From an uncultured delta proteobacterium (GTDB taxonomy: Bacteria > Desulfobacterota > Desulfobacteria > Desulfobacterales > QNYZ01): DNA of 64,000 bases. Position numbers and translations under genes: made by a program. Shown in pieces: positions 41,564 through 50,859 of this stretch (positions are counted from its first letter, which is position 1; each line of letters opens with the position of its first letter). Under the pieces are notes generated by a model. It ran no database searches. It worked only from the letters and a program-made list of their open reading frames with translations, and had not been told where the DNA came from. The stretch covers positions 832,001 to 896,000 of the forward strand of contig CAWJQU010000005.1 in the NCBI GenBank assembly GCA_963845145.1, given 5' to 3'.

Positions 41564-42556
41564 TTATTTTCCACCGAACGGTGTGGGGATCGTCCAGCGA
41601 TTAATGAGTGGTGTCACGGCATTCATAAAAAGGACGGCAAACATCACGCCCTCCGGATAGCCGGAAAAAAGACGCAGTACCATTGTTAAGACGCCGACAC
41701 CCAACCCGAATATAAATTTGCCCTTTGATGTCAACGGACTGGTAACCGGATCCGTGGCAATAAAAAATGCACCGAAAAGCAGTGAGCCGCCCAGAATATG
41801 GTGAAGTACCGTCCAGTCTTTGGAAACATCGGCAAGGTCGGCAACGCCCCCTAAGAAAAGAACAGCAATCAGCATGCCGGCTGGGATCTCCCATGAGGCG
41901 GTCCGGCGAATCACCAGGTAAAGCCCCCCCAGCAGGCAGGCCAGGGCACTGGTTTCACCTAAACTGCCGTTGGTGGTTCCCCAAAAGAGGGCCGCAAGCG
42001 GTGTGACCACCCCGTTCATCTGATGGGCGTTCATGGGTGTGGCTTGCGAGATGGCATCGACCGTTCCGTTGACTTCCTCAAATCCCGAGGCCGCCATGGC
42101 ACCGGCAAACGAGATCATCACAAAGGCACGACCCACCATGGCGGGATTGAATAAATTCATCCCCATGCCCCCAAAAACGATTTTACCGATACCGATGGCA
42201 ACAAAGGAAGCCACCACGCCGACATACCATGGCGCGGTGCCGGGCAAAGAGAGCGCCAGAATGACCCCGGTAACAATGGCCGAGCAGTCCATCAAGGTGG
42301 ATGATCGGCGTCGCATTTTTACAAAGAGTTGTTCCGCCACGATGCAGGACCCCAGGCAAACCACCAATTGGAACAAGGCGTACTCACGGAAGAAAAAAAG
42401 AGACATGGCCGTCACGGGGGCGAGCCCGATCAGGACATCGACCATCATCCGTTGGGTACTGGTCGCCGTTTGAACCAGGTGAGGGGAAGGCGACACATGG
42501 ATCACCGGTTTATTGGGTTCCAAATTATCCGGTAAGGTGGTTTGTATTTCCGTCAT
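41564..42556 (-). CDS. rnfD: Rnf complex subunit D
   Basis: SPSPH, FGGMGMNLFNPAMVGR, DAISQATP, GSLGETS, FIATDPVTSP, YPEGVMFAVL. Confidence 0.93.
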   Translation of the reverse strand: MTEIQTTLPDNLEPNKPVIHVSPSPHLVQTATSTQRMMVDVLIGLAPVTAMSLFFFREYALFQLVVCLGSCIVAEQLFVKMRRRSSTLMDCSAIVTGVILALSLPGTAPWYVGVVASFVAIGIGKIVFGGMGMNLFNPAMVGRAFVMISFAGAMAASGFEEVNGTVDAISQATPMNAHQMNGVVTPLAALFWGTTNGSLGETSALACLLGGLYLVIRRTASWEIPAGMLIAVLFLGGVADLADVSKDWTVLHHILGGSLLFGAFFIATDPVTSPLTSKGKFIFGLGVGVLTMVLRLFSGYPEGVMFAVLFMNAVTPLINRWTIPTPFGGK

Positions 42557-42591
42557 TTTCACTAGGGTCTCAATATTGGGCCGTTCATAAT

Positions 42592-43950
42592 CTAATCCGC
42601 CGCCATCACACTGACTTTACCTGCCCGAATCAACTGCACCAGCGGAATATGCGCCGGGCAAGTGTACGCACAAGAACCGCATTCAAAACAGGCCATGATG
42701 TTGTATCGTCGGGCCAGGGCAATGTCCTGATTTCTAGAAGCCAGGGCAATGCGTGTGGGAACCAGATTCATGGGGCACACATCGACACATTTTCCGCACC
42801 GGACACAAGCAGTTTCGGCAGCCGCTTTGACTTCATCTCTATTCAACACGGTAAGGCCACCGGTACCCTTGGTGACCGGGGTCTTCAGATTGGCAAAGGC
42901 AAACCCCATCATGGGGCCACCGGCAATCATACGGGCCGCATCCGGTTTCAGTCCCCCGCTAAATTCAATGAGTTCACCGAACGACACGCCGATGGGGGCC
43001 AATATGTTTGACGGATTGACAATACCACCACCGGTGACACTGATAACCCGGTGTGTGAGCGGCTTTTGATGGATCACAGCTCGGGCGACGGCTGCCATGG
43101 TCCCCACATTGCTCATGGCCACACCCACATCCGAGGGTAACCCGCCCAACGGAACCTGGCGCTTGATCACGGCATGAATCAGGTGTTTCTCGCTTCCCTG
43201 GGGATATTTGGTTTTTACTACAGCCACCTGGACAGCAGTGCCTTCAGCTGCTTTACGCAGAGCTTCCACCGCCGGCATTTTGTTATCTTCTATGCCAATA
43301 ACGATCCGTTCGACACCCATACTACGCCCGGCCAACAAGGCGCCAGTAATGATGGGCGCCGGTGCCTCCATCATGAGCCGGTAATCGGCAGTTAGATAAG
43401 GCTCACACTCGCAGCCGTTGACAATCAGGGTATGGATCGGTTTTTTATCGTTGGGCGCAATTTTTACATGCGTGGGAAAAGCCGCGCCTCCCAACCCCAC
43501 AAGCCCGCCTTCGTTGATATCTTTGTTGATTTGGGCCGGGTCATAGCCGTCTAGATCCGTGACCGGCCACTGGCCGCCATATATCTCTTCCCACAAATCA
43601 CGACCGGCCGGGATTTCTCCTTCGGTTTTTATGGGCAAGGCGTCCATATGTCGGCCATTGGCCAAGGTCACCCGCATCGGGCGCTGGATTATTCCGGGAA
43701 CCGATGCATGCAAGGTGGTAGAAACAAAAGTGGACCCTTTACCTATCAACTCCCCCCATCGGACGATTTGGCGCGCTTTGACCAGCGCATCACAGGCTGC
43801 TCCGACATTTTGATGAAGGCTCAGGAGTACCTTTTCCGGGGTAGGCATCACCTGAATGGAGGCATCTTTGGATAATTGTTTTTTATCCGGTGGGTGAATC
43901 CCTCGGGCAAATGTCCCCCGCCCCTTGTAACCTTTGAGTTTTAGCCCCAC
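42592..43950 (-). CDS. rnfC: Rnf complex subunit C
   Basis: GIHPP, GLVGLGGAAFPTHVK, NGCECEPYLTAD, KYPQGSEK, GGPMMG, CVRCGKCVDVCP, CFECGSCAYTCP. Confidence 0.95.
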   Translation of the reverse strand: MGLKLKGYKGRGTFARGIHPPDKKQLSKDASIQVMPTPEKVLLSLHQNVGAACDALVKARQIVRWGELIGKGSTFVSTTLHASVPGIIQRPMRVTLANGRHMDALPIKTEGEIPAGRDLWEEIYGGQWPVTDLDGYDPAQINKDINEGGLVGLGGAAFPTHVKIAPNDKKPIHTLIVNGCECEPYLTADYRLMMEAPAPIITGALLAGRSMGVERIVIGIEDNKMPAVEALRKAAEGTAVQVAVVKTKYPQGSEKHLIHAVIKRQVPLGGLPSDVGVAMSNVGTMAAVARAVIHQKPLTHRVISVTGGGIVNPSNILAPIGVSFGELIEFSGGLKPDAARMIAGGPMMGFAFANLKTPVTKGTGGLTVLNRDEVKAAAETACVRCGKCVDVCPMNLVPTRIALASRNQDIALARRYNIMACFECGSCAYTCPAHIPLVQLIRAGKVSVMAAD

Positions 43951-44000
43951 AATATCACCGTGAACGTGCTATTTTTTATCACCTTCATTTCGTAGTCCCA

Positions 44001-44035
44001 AAAAAACAAAAAGATTTCCTCACGGGAAATCTTTT
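44001..44035 (-). terminator. Hairpin plus U-tract (or operator palindrome) in the rnfC leader
   Basis: AAAAGATTTCC-TCACG-GGAAATCTTTT at 44009-44035, followed on the minus strand by a T-rich run. Confidence 0.5.
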
Positions 44036-44121
44036 AAACGCGCTATTTTTAAAGGCTGTAATCATCATTTTCGTCTTTTCCACACGATTTGTCAACCGGT
44101 GCCCCTGGCCCCAGCCATCCG

Positions 44122-44171
44122 GGATTGAGATCCAGGATTGCGATCGGGTTTGTGATCCAGTTTGTGATCCA
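44122..44171. repeat. Four degenerate 12-13 nt tandem repeats
   Basis: GGATTGAGATCCA, GGATTGCGATCGG, GTTTGTGATCCA, GTTTGTGATCCA. Confidence 0.65.
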
Positions 44172-44236
44172 ACCCAATTCGGGCCCTATGGGAAAAAGAA
44201 GAGGGTTCTTTGTATGGCAATTTGTGATCGTTTTCT

Positions 44237-44250
44237 TTGACCTTAGTCAA
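44237..44250. promoter_or_regulatory. Fnr/Crp-like palindrome upstream of usp
   Basis: TTGAC-CTTA-GTCAA. Confidence 0.6.
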
Positions 44251-44400
44251 TTTTTTCCGGTGCAATTGCTGATACTAAGGCTAATATTATCCCAATGCTA
44301 TGTTGACGGATGATAATCCAAGCGATACGCTGATCCTTACTTATGGATAGATGTCTTGTTATTCCTATTATTATAAAAGGTTAAAACAGGAGATTCACAC

Positions 44401-45348
44401 TTGCAGGATAACCTTCCCCTCCAAAAAATTCTTGTCGCTGTTGATGGAAGCGAACAATCGCTGCGGGCCATTCGTTACGCCGCCAATGTTTTTCCAGCGG
44501 ATCGCACCGAAATTGTTCTTTACTATGTACGTGTTGAGTTGTTCGACCTTTTTTCAGATTTGGGGACCTACCCGCATTACCAGCGCCGTGTGACTGGGCT
44601 GAAGCGATGGGCTACTGAACAAAAAGCGGATGTGGTTCAAGCCATGGATAGTGCGGTGGTCTATTTCAAACAGAAAGGGTTTCCGGAGGCGGCCATTACC
44701 GTTAAAACCCCGGCTAAAAGGCTGGGGGTCGCAAAAGATATCATTAAAGAGTCCTATGATGGGTACCATGCCATCGTCGTGGGCCGCACCGGTTGGAGCC
44801 GGTTTAAGGACTGGTTGATAAAAAGTACGGCTATGAAACTGGTGGCCAAAATCAAACATATCCCACTGGTGGTTGTGGGTGGCAAGCCGGATGCAAAAAA
44901 TGTGTTGGTAGCGTTTGACGGCACCCACGGAGCAATGAAAGGGGTCGCGTGTATTGCAGGGCTTGTGGGATCTTCGGGACACCATTTGCAGATTTACAGC
45001 ATGATTCGCAAGGACGAAAAATTTTGGGACGGGGACGCAAGTGCCTTTTTGGTTGAAAAGTCTGAAAACTGTCATGAAATCGTCAAACACAAGCTAAGCC
45101 CGTTACTGAAAGAGGCCTTCAACCGCCTGCTGGCGGAGGGTATGACACCCAATCGAATTTCAATTAAAATTGATACGGTCGATCAAGATCGCGCATCTCA
45201 TATCGTTCGCGAAGCGATGGAAAACCATTTCGGGGGCGTTGTTCTGGGTCGCCGGGGGTTGATCACATTTATCGATGAATATTTTATCGGAAGGGTCAGT
45301 GACCAGGTCCTCAAACAGGCCGATCAGCTGGCCGTGTGGATTATTTGA
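44401..45348 (+). CDS. Tandem universal stress protein
   Basis: KILVAVDGSEQS, IVVGRTG, VLVAFDG, VVLGRRG..IGRVSDQV; CAGGAG RBS before TTG. Confidence 0.9.
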   Translation: MQDNLPLQKILVAVDGSEQSLRAIRYAANVFPADRTEIVLYYVRVELFDLFSDLGTYPHYQRRVTGLKRWATEQKADVVQAMDSAVVYFKQKGFPEAAITVKTPAKRLGVAKDIIKESYDGYHAIVVGRTGWSRFKDWLIKSTAMKLVAKIKHIPLVVVGGKPDAKNVLVAFDGTHGAMKGVACIAGLVGSSGHHLQIYSMIRKDEKFWDGDASAFLVEKSENCHEIVKHKLSPLLKEAFNRLLAEGMTPNRISIKIDTVDQDRASHIVREAMENHFGGVVLGRRGLITFIDEYFIGRVSDQVLKQADQLAVWII

Positions 45349-45710
45349 AAAAAAATGAATTACTGTATGTGAGATGGCAACGCCGACGGACACGTAGGCA
45401 GAGGAACCCGGACGATTACCGGTTAACCGCTTTCCTCCTTGCCGGTGTTCATCCGGGAGATAATTCAAATCCCAATGTGATGGCCGAACTGGGATCTATC
45501 GAGGAAAGATTTTTACGTATCAGGATCAGCAAAACAAGGGCCTTTCATCAGGGGCTTTTCTGGGTTAAAGTTGATCGGGTGTTTGACAAGCTAGGTTTGG
45601 AAAAGAGCATCCGGCAAATATTAGAAGATGAAATAGTGGAGAAAGTTCCCCGGCCCGCGGACGATTGGGCCCTGTGGGGCGTCACGTGCATTCCGCACAT
45701 CGATTGTTAA
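45345..45710 (+). CDS. Hypothetical protein
   Basis: About 120-aa ORF coupled to the usp stop, fills the operon gap. Confidence 0.6.
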   Translation: MKKNELLYVRWQRRRTRRQRNPDDYRLTAFLLAGVHPGDNSNPNVMAELGSIEERFLRIRISKTRAFHQGLFWVKVDRVFDKLGLEKSIRQILEDEIVEKVPRPADDWALWGVTCIPHIDC

Positions 45711-45726
45711 TCTAAAAGGACCTACC

Positions 45727-46032
45727 ATGGATAAAACGCTCGGTATTTATGTCACTTCCGACCGCAACTTGGACCCATTAATCAAGTTGTGCCAAGCCGC
45801 CAAGAAAAAAGGTGTCAACCTCAAGGTGTTTTTTACACATATCGGTACACGGCTGAGCACCGATCCGCGTCTCGATGAATTAAAAGAAATCGCCGACATT
45901 GCGCTTTGCAAAGTGGGGTTTGAGGACAATCAATTAGACCCCAAAGATACCAAGGTGAGCGAAAAGGGGTTTTCCAGTCAATCGTGGCATGCAGAAATGA
46001 TATATGAATGCGATCGATATATTACATTCTAA
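45727..46032 (+). CDS. DsrE/TusD-like sulfur relay protein
   Basis: LGIYVT, VFFTHIG, Cys in IALCKVG at the DsrE active-site position, C-terminal CDRYITF. Confidence 0.68.
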   Translation: MDKTLGIYVTSDRNLDPLIKLCQAAKKKGVNLKVFFTHIGTRLSTDPRLDELKEIADIALCKVGFEDNQLDPKDTKVSEKGFSSQSWHAEMIYECDRYITF

Positions 46033-46059
46033 AAGAAACCAAAAAAAGAGAGATAAAAG

Positions 46060-46362
46060 ATGGAAAATATTAAGCATTGTGCGGTGATTGTTCGTCGACC
46101 CGATGATATCTGGGAAGGGACCCGAACGGCCCTGGGCTTGGCGGCTCACAACTACTGGGCCTATCTCTTTGTCATTGATGTCACGGTTGAGATGAATGAT
46201 AAGCTCGAGGAAAATCTGGAATGGCTGGAGGAGATGGAGTGCCCGTTTATTTCAAATGTTGAGCAAAACAGCCAACACGGGTTTGAATATCTGCCCATTG
46301 ATAAGCTTGCCCGGGAATTGAAAAAAATGGATCTTGTCATTCCCTTTGGAAATCGCAACTAA
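46060..46362 (+). CDS. DsrF/TusC-like protein
   Basis: AVIVRRP..WEGTRTALGL, C-terminal LKKMDLVIPF. Confidence 0.6.
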   Translation: MENIKHCAVIVRRPDDIWEGTRTALGLAAHNYWAYLFVIDVTVEMNDKLEENLEWLEEMECPFISNVEQNSQHGFEYLPIDKLARELKKMDLVIPFGNRN

Positions 46363-46401
46363 CGCCATCCATACGAATCCGACATAGGTAAGGATAATAA
46401 A

Positions 46402-46596
46402 ATGCCGAAACGTAAAAAAATGCTGCACATCCTCAAATCTCAACCTGATGATATGCAGCGAACCTTCATGTATTCCCTCTCACTGGGGTATAGCTGTCTG
46501 CAATTTCCTCTGTTTGATTTTGATGAAGATCCACCCGATTATGATGAGCTGATCGATCTGATCTTCGAGTTTGATGAAGTGGTTACTTGGTGGTGA
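46402..46596 (+). CDS. DsrH/TusB-like small protein
   Basis: MLHILKS start, DYDELIDLIFEFDEVVTW end. Confidence 0.6.
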   Translation: MPKRKKMLHILKSQPDDMQRTFMYSLSLGYSCLQFPLFDFDEDPPDYDELIDLIFEFDEVVTWW

Positions 46597-46945
46597 TCCG
46601 CAATAGCGGGAATATTCACGGAAAATTGAAATTTCCAACCGCACCGAATCTATCATCGCCAACCGCTGCGGATCAGCCGCGTATTTTTCCTGGAATGAAT
46701 TCACTCGGTATTCCAATGGCTAGTAGTAGGACTCCAACCAGGCCGATTCCGGCAATGTGAAATCCCCGATAATCGTATAGCCACTGTTTTCGATCATTCC
46801 CCGGTTGGCTTCAACATCTACCATGGCCGGATATTCATTGGCAAAAAAGTCTCGGCAGTCGTTCGGCGGATCGGGTTCGAGCCAGGTCAGCTCTCTAACG
46901 GCCATAAACCCACCGGGTTTTAAAAGAGAATGGCACATGGTCAGC
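46597..46945 (-). pseudogene. Remnant of a class I SAM-dependent methyltransferase
   Basis: LLKPGGFMAV..ELTWL..EYPAM..FTLPESAW..YY-TAG-PLE..; in-frame stop at 46720-46722, no SAM-binding N-terminus, 3' end runs into the DsrH-like gene. Confidence 0.72.
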
Positions 46946-47169
46946 TAGTACCGATCATGTACCATATAGTTCCTGGCAAAAATACGATGTGAATACTCGA
47001 TGATCTTGACTTTTGATTTGCATGAATAACATAATTCCTGTCCTCTTCACGGACGCCCAGTTTTTATCCGGTTTTTAGAAGCCACTATCCTTGACAGAAA
47101 ACAGATTCTTGAGATATCCATATTCGAAACATAATAAAAATGATACAACCATTTTTATATTAATTTAAA

Positions 47170-48589
47170 ATGTTTATCATCGACCATATATTTTCAACAC
47201 CCACTCTTTACTTTTTATATGGATTGGCTTTTCTTTTTTTAGGCGCTTCCATTGCTCTAAAAGATATGAAAGCCAGCCAGCTGAAAATATCAAGCAATCT
47301 ATGGCTTCTCTCCCTTTTTGGATTTGCGCACGGGTTCCACGAGTGGATTGCACTGTTTCTTCTCATCGACGGCACTCAATATTCTGATGATATCATATAC
47401 ACAATCAAAACCTTAGCCCTTATTATCAATGGGCTTTCATTTTTATTTTTTGTTATTTGGAATATCACTGCTCCATTCAATTACTAAAAACAAATATATC
47501 AAATGGTTAAAGCCTTGCGTGATAATTTTGTTTGCAATATTGATGTTTTATTTTTTCAAAGTTGATTCAGATTACCAGCATATTAGTTTTTTTAAGTTCG
47601 CAAATAATGTTTTAAGAAAAACATTTGGATTTATTGGAAGCCTTGCAACAAGCTTAGCTTTAATCTATTACTCTAGAAAGGTTAAGAAGATAAGCCTCCC
47701 TATTTCCAAACATTTTTTCTACTCAGGGATTGGCTTTTTTTTCTACAGCATATTTGCTGGTCTTATACAATCCCACGTTCAAATTCCTCTAATTTTAGTT
47801 CCCGTTGAATTTTTTCGTGGTTTATGCGCGGTTTTAATTACAGCGTTTCTATTCAAGGCGCTTAACATCTTTGATATCCATACGAGAAAAAAACTAGAGC
47901 AACAGCTTAAAAATCAGGCTCAATCTGAAAAGATGGTGTCCCTCGGTCTACTCTCTGCCGGGGTCGCTCATGAAATCAATTCTCCCCTGACCAATGCGTC
48001 TTTGAATATGCAAATGCTAAGAAGTCAACTTGGGAATGCCCTCGACAATGAAAAAATAAAAAGAAAAATCGATGCTATCGGTAGAAATATTGAAAGAGCG
48101 TCCAATATAGCCAAAGAGTTGCTTCAATTCTCACAAACACAAGAAACAATACTATCCCCCATGGACGTTAATCAGGTTGTAGAAAGTGCCTTGGCTCAAT
48201 TGAACGAACGGTTCGGTAACCTTAAGGTCTCGGTTAAACAAAACCACCTTCCGGCAGTTCAACTGAATGCACCCAAATTAGAACAGGTGCTTCTAAATGT
48301 GATCAATAATTCTATCGAAGCCATGGAGAACAAGGGAGAATTAATTCTTGAAACAAAACAGGTGAACAATGAAATCAAAATAACCATTTCAGACGATGGC
48401 ACGGGTATTTCACAAAGTCATTTATCGAAGGTATTTGATCCTTTTTTCACCACAAAAGAAATGAATAAAGGAACCGGATTAGGCCTTTCAATCTGCCATG
48501 GAATTATTGAACAACATGGGGGCTCTATAATTCTTGAGAATAATAAGAGGGGTGGCGTGGATACAACTATTACCTTAGCTATCCCATAA
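47170..48589 (+). CDS. Multi-TM sensor histidine kinase, split by a frameshift in a T6 run (47446-47451)
   Basis: YFLYGLAF, FGFAHGFHEW in ORF 47170-47487; SAGVAHEINSPL, QVLLNVINN, DPFFTTK, GTGLGLSI in ORF 47429-48589; removing one T joins them. Confidence 0.8.
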
Positions 48590-48647
48590 TTTTTATTCTA
48601 AATATTAGAGCCAATTTCAAAACGGCTCATTAGAAAAGAGTATTGCC

Positions 48648-49301
48648 TTGAATAATATTTTGATTGTCGATGATGACATGGAATACAGGGAAAATTTAAA
48701 AGAAATACTCGACGATGCCGGGTATCCAAATGATACGGCAGGATCGGTCAAGGAGGCTTTGAAAAAACTTGACGCTCAACAATTTGATGTAATTTTGCTC
48801 GACTTCATGATGCCGGATATCGATGGCATTAATGCCATCGAAAAATTTAAAAAAATCAATCCAAACTCCAAAATCATCATGATTACAGCTTTTGCATCCA
48901 TTGAGAATGCGGTGAGGGCGATTAAAAAAGGCGCCAGTGAATACATTCCCAAACCCTTTAAAATTGAAGCACTCCTCTCAATGATCAAGCAGGTAATAGA
49001 AGAGCTTCGTTTTGAACATGATATAAAAAAATTGAAGCTTGAGGGAACGCTAAGTTCTTTGTCTAACGCTATTCGCAGGGAAATAATCCGTATGTTTCAT
49101 ACAAATAAAAATATACGATTGATGGAAACGGCCCGGAAACTGAATATCGAAGATCATACGAAATTAATTTTCCATTTAAAAAGTTTGAAAGATGCTCGGA
49201 TTTTAAAACAAGATGAAAAACGGACGTACCTGCTTACAAAAGAGGGCAAAAAAGTTCTTGAATGCCTTAATATTCTGGATAATTTCCTGTCCGAAAAATA
49301 G
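48648..49301 (+). CDS. Response regulator, REC + ArsR-like winged helix
   Basis: ILIVDDD, LDFMMP, ITAFAS, KPF; C-part LSNAIRREII..LIFHLKSLKDARIL..YLLTKEG. Confidence 0.85.
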   Translation: MNNILIVDDDMEYRENLKEILDDAGYPNDTAGSVKEALKKLDAQQFDVILLDFMMPDIDGINAIEKFKKINPNSKIIMITAFASIENAVRAIKKGASEYIPKPFKIEALLSMIKQVIEELRFEHDIKKLKLEGTLSSLSNAIRREIIRMFHTNKNIRLMETARKLNIEDHTKLIFHLKSLKDARILKQDEKRTYLLTKEGKKVLECLNILDNFLSEK

Positions 49302-49342
49302 ATTCGAATAAATTCATTTCTCCTGCCGTTAAGTGCTCTAAC

Positions 49343-49390
49343 GTGAACTATTCTTCACATAATTAAGACACTATGTGAACACAATTTCAC
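49343..49390. promoter_or_regulatory. Two GTGAA-N6-TTCAC palindromes
   Basis: Copies at 49343-49358 and 49375-49390, 32 bp apart. Confidence 0.62.
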
Positions 49391-49499
49391 TATACCAGTA
49401 CCACGTTGTGTGATAGCCATAAATATCATTACAGCTATTAATGTAATCCTCTGGGGTTAAATGCTGTTATTCTTTATTAATTAGAAATAGGGGGAATTT

Positions 49500-50576
49500 A
49501 TGAAAACCATCGGAAGTTATTTTTGGAAAATGGGACTGATAATAACAGGCGTGCTATTGATAGCAAGCCCGTCGCTGGCCCAAGAAAAGGCTCAAATGAA
49601 ACTTGTCAGTGTAAAAACGGATACGGCTATCACGCTCGACGCTATGGCTGAAAAAGCGTGGGACAAAGCGGCTGCCTTAGAAGTAAAACTGGATCAATTA
49701 CCGTATGAACCGAACAACGGATACGCAGGCATAAAGGAAACTACCGTCAAAATAAAATCCCTGTATGATGATAAATATGTCTATTTTCATCTTCAATACG
49801 ATGATCCAACTCAGAGTTTTGAAAGATTTCCCTGGGTAAAACAGGACGACGGTAGCTGGAAGCAATTGATGAATAAAGACAACACCGGCCATGACAACAC
49901 CTATTATGAAGACAAAGTGGGCGTTTACTGGGAAATAAATGCAAGGGGCTTTAAAAAGAAGGGTTGCGCTGTCTCCTGTCATGTGACCGAAAACGGAAAG
50001 AATAACGGTTTTGATGACAAGTCCGCAGGCAGAAAATACACCAATGAACCCGGCGAAACCATTGATATGTGGCACTGGAAAAGCGTTAGGACAGGCCCTC
50101 TGGGAATGTTTGATGATCAATTTGTTGATTCAACGGCAGATCCGAAGTTAAATAAAAATTGGGGCCGAAAAGGTGATGTAAAAACGGGCGGTGGCTACAA
50201 AAATAATATTAATGAAGCAAAAACCGGACCGGCTTTTATGAATTCTCCATATAGTGAGAAAGATAAATACTGGGTGATGCCTGAAAGCAAAAAGGAATTT
50301 GTTGATACGTTTAAACCTGGCGACATCATTCCGGGAATCGTACTTTCACCTTTCGTTGGACCCCGCGCTGACATTAAAGCGGCGAGCAACTGGAAAGATG
50401 GGGTTTGGACTTTAGAGGTTAAACGCGCCTTGGTCACCACCGGTGAAAAAGCAGAAATTCAGGATGTGCAGTTCAGTGATCTTAAGAATGCCTATTACTT
50501 TGGAATTTCTGTTTTTGACAACTCCCAAATTAACCATATTTACCATGAAGGTTCCATCGAGATGACCTTCCAATAG
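49500..50576 (+). CDS. Periplasmic ethylbenzene-dehydrogenase gamma-like (EB_dh/DOMON) heme protein
   Basis: Signal peptide, KSLYDDKYVYF, YYEDK, GCAVSCH, DMWHWK, WKDGVWTLEVKRAL, FGISVFDN..H. Confidence 0.82.
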   Translation: MKTIGSYFWKMGLIITGVLLIASPSLAQEKAQMKLVSVKTDTAITLDAMAEKAWDKAAALEVKLDQLPYEPNNGYAGIKETTVKIKSLYDDKYVYFHLQYDDPTQSFERFPWVKQDDGSWKQLMNKDNTGHDNTYYEDKVGVYWEINARGFKKKGCAVSCHVTENGKNNGFDDKSAGRKYTNEPGETIDMWHWKSVRTGPLGMFDDQFVDSTADPKLNKNWGRKGDVKTGGGYKNNINEAKTGPAFMNSPYSEKDKYWVMPESKKEFVDTFKPGDIIPGIVLSPFVGPRADIKAASNWKDGVWTLEVKRALVTTGEKAEIQDVQFSDLKNAYYFGISVFDNSQINHIYHEGSIEMTFQ

Positions 50577-50604
50577 ATCAAAACAAAACGAGCGAACGAA
50601 CTGT

Positions 50605-50646
50605 TAAAAATCTGTTTGCCTTGAGATCAAGGCAAACAGATTTTTA
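50605..50646. terminator. Strong bidirectional hairpin/terminator
   Basis: TAAAAATCTGTTTGCCTTGA-GA-TCAAGGCAAACAGATTTTTA, perfect 20-bp inverted repeat. Confidence 0.8.
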
Positions 50647-50859
50647 CATGTACCTCCTTTAAGTTTGAATTTTCACCGATGAGTACCCATGTCAATTCGC
50701 ACCACCATCTGCCTCAACATTTCCACGAAGGATTTCTGTGGGAGTCGTGGTGTTTGTGGCAAACGATATGGCGATATTATCTGTCAGGGCGGCGTTGGCG
50801 GTACTGTGCTTTAAAAAGCGGTGAAACTTCAGCTTTAAACATGGGGCAGTGTTTTTGAA

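Noticed and set aside
44070..44088. Rex operator upstream of rnfC
   Set aside because: TCGT..ACGA spacing is one base short and the arms match poorly
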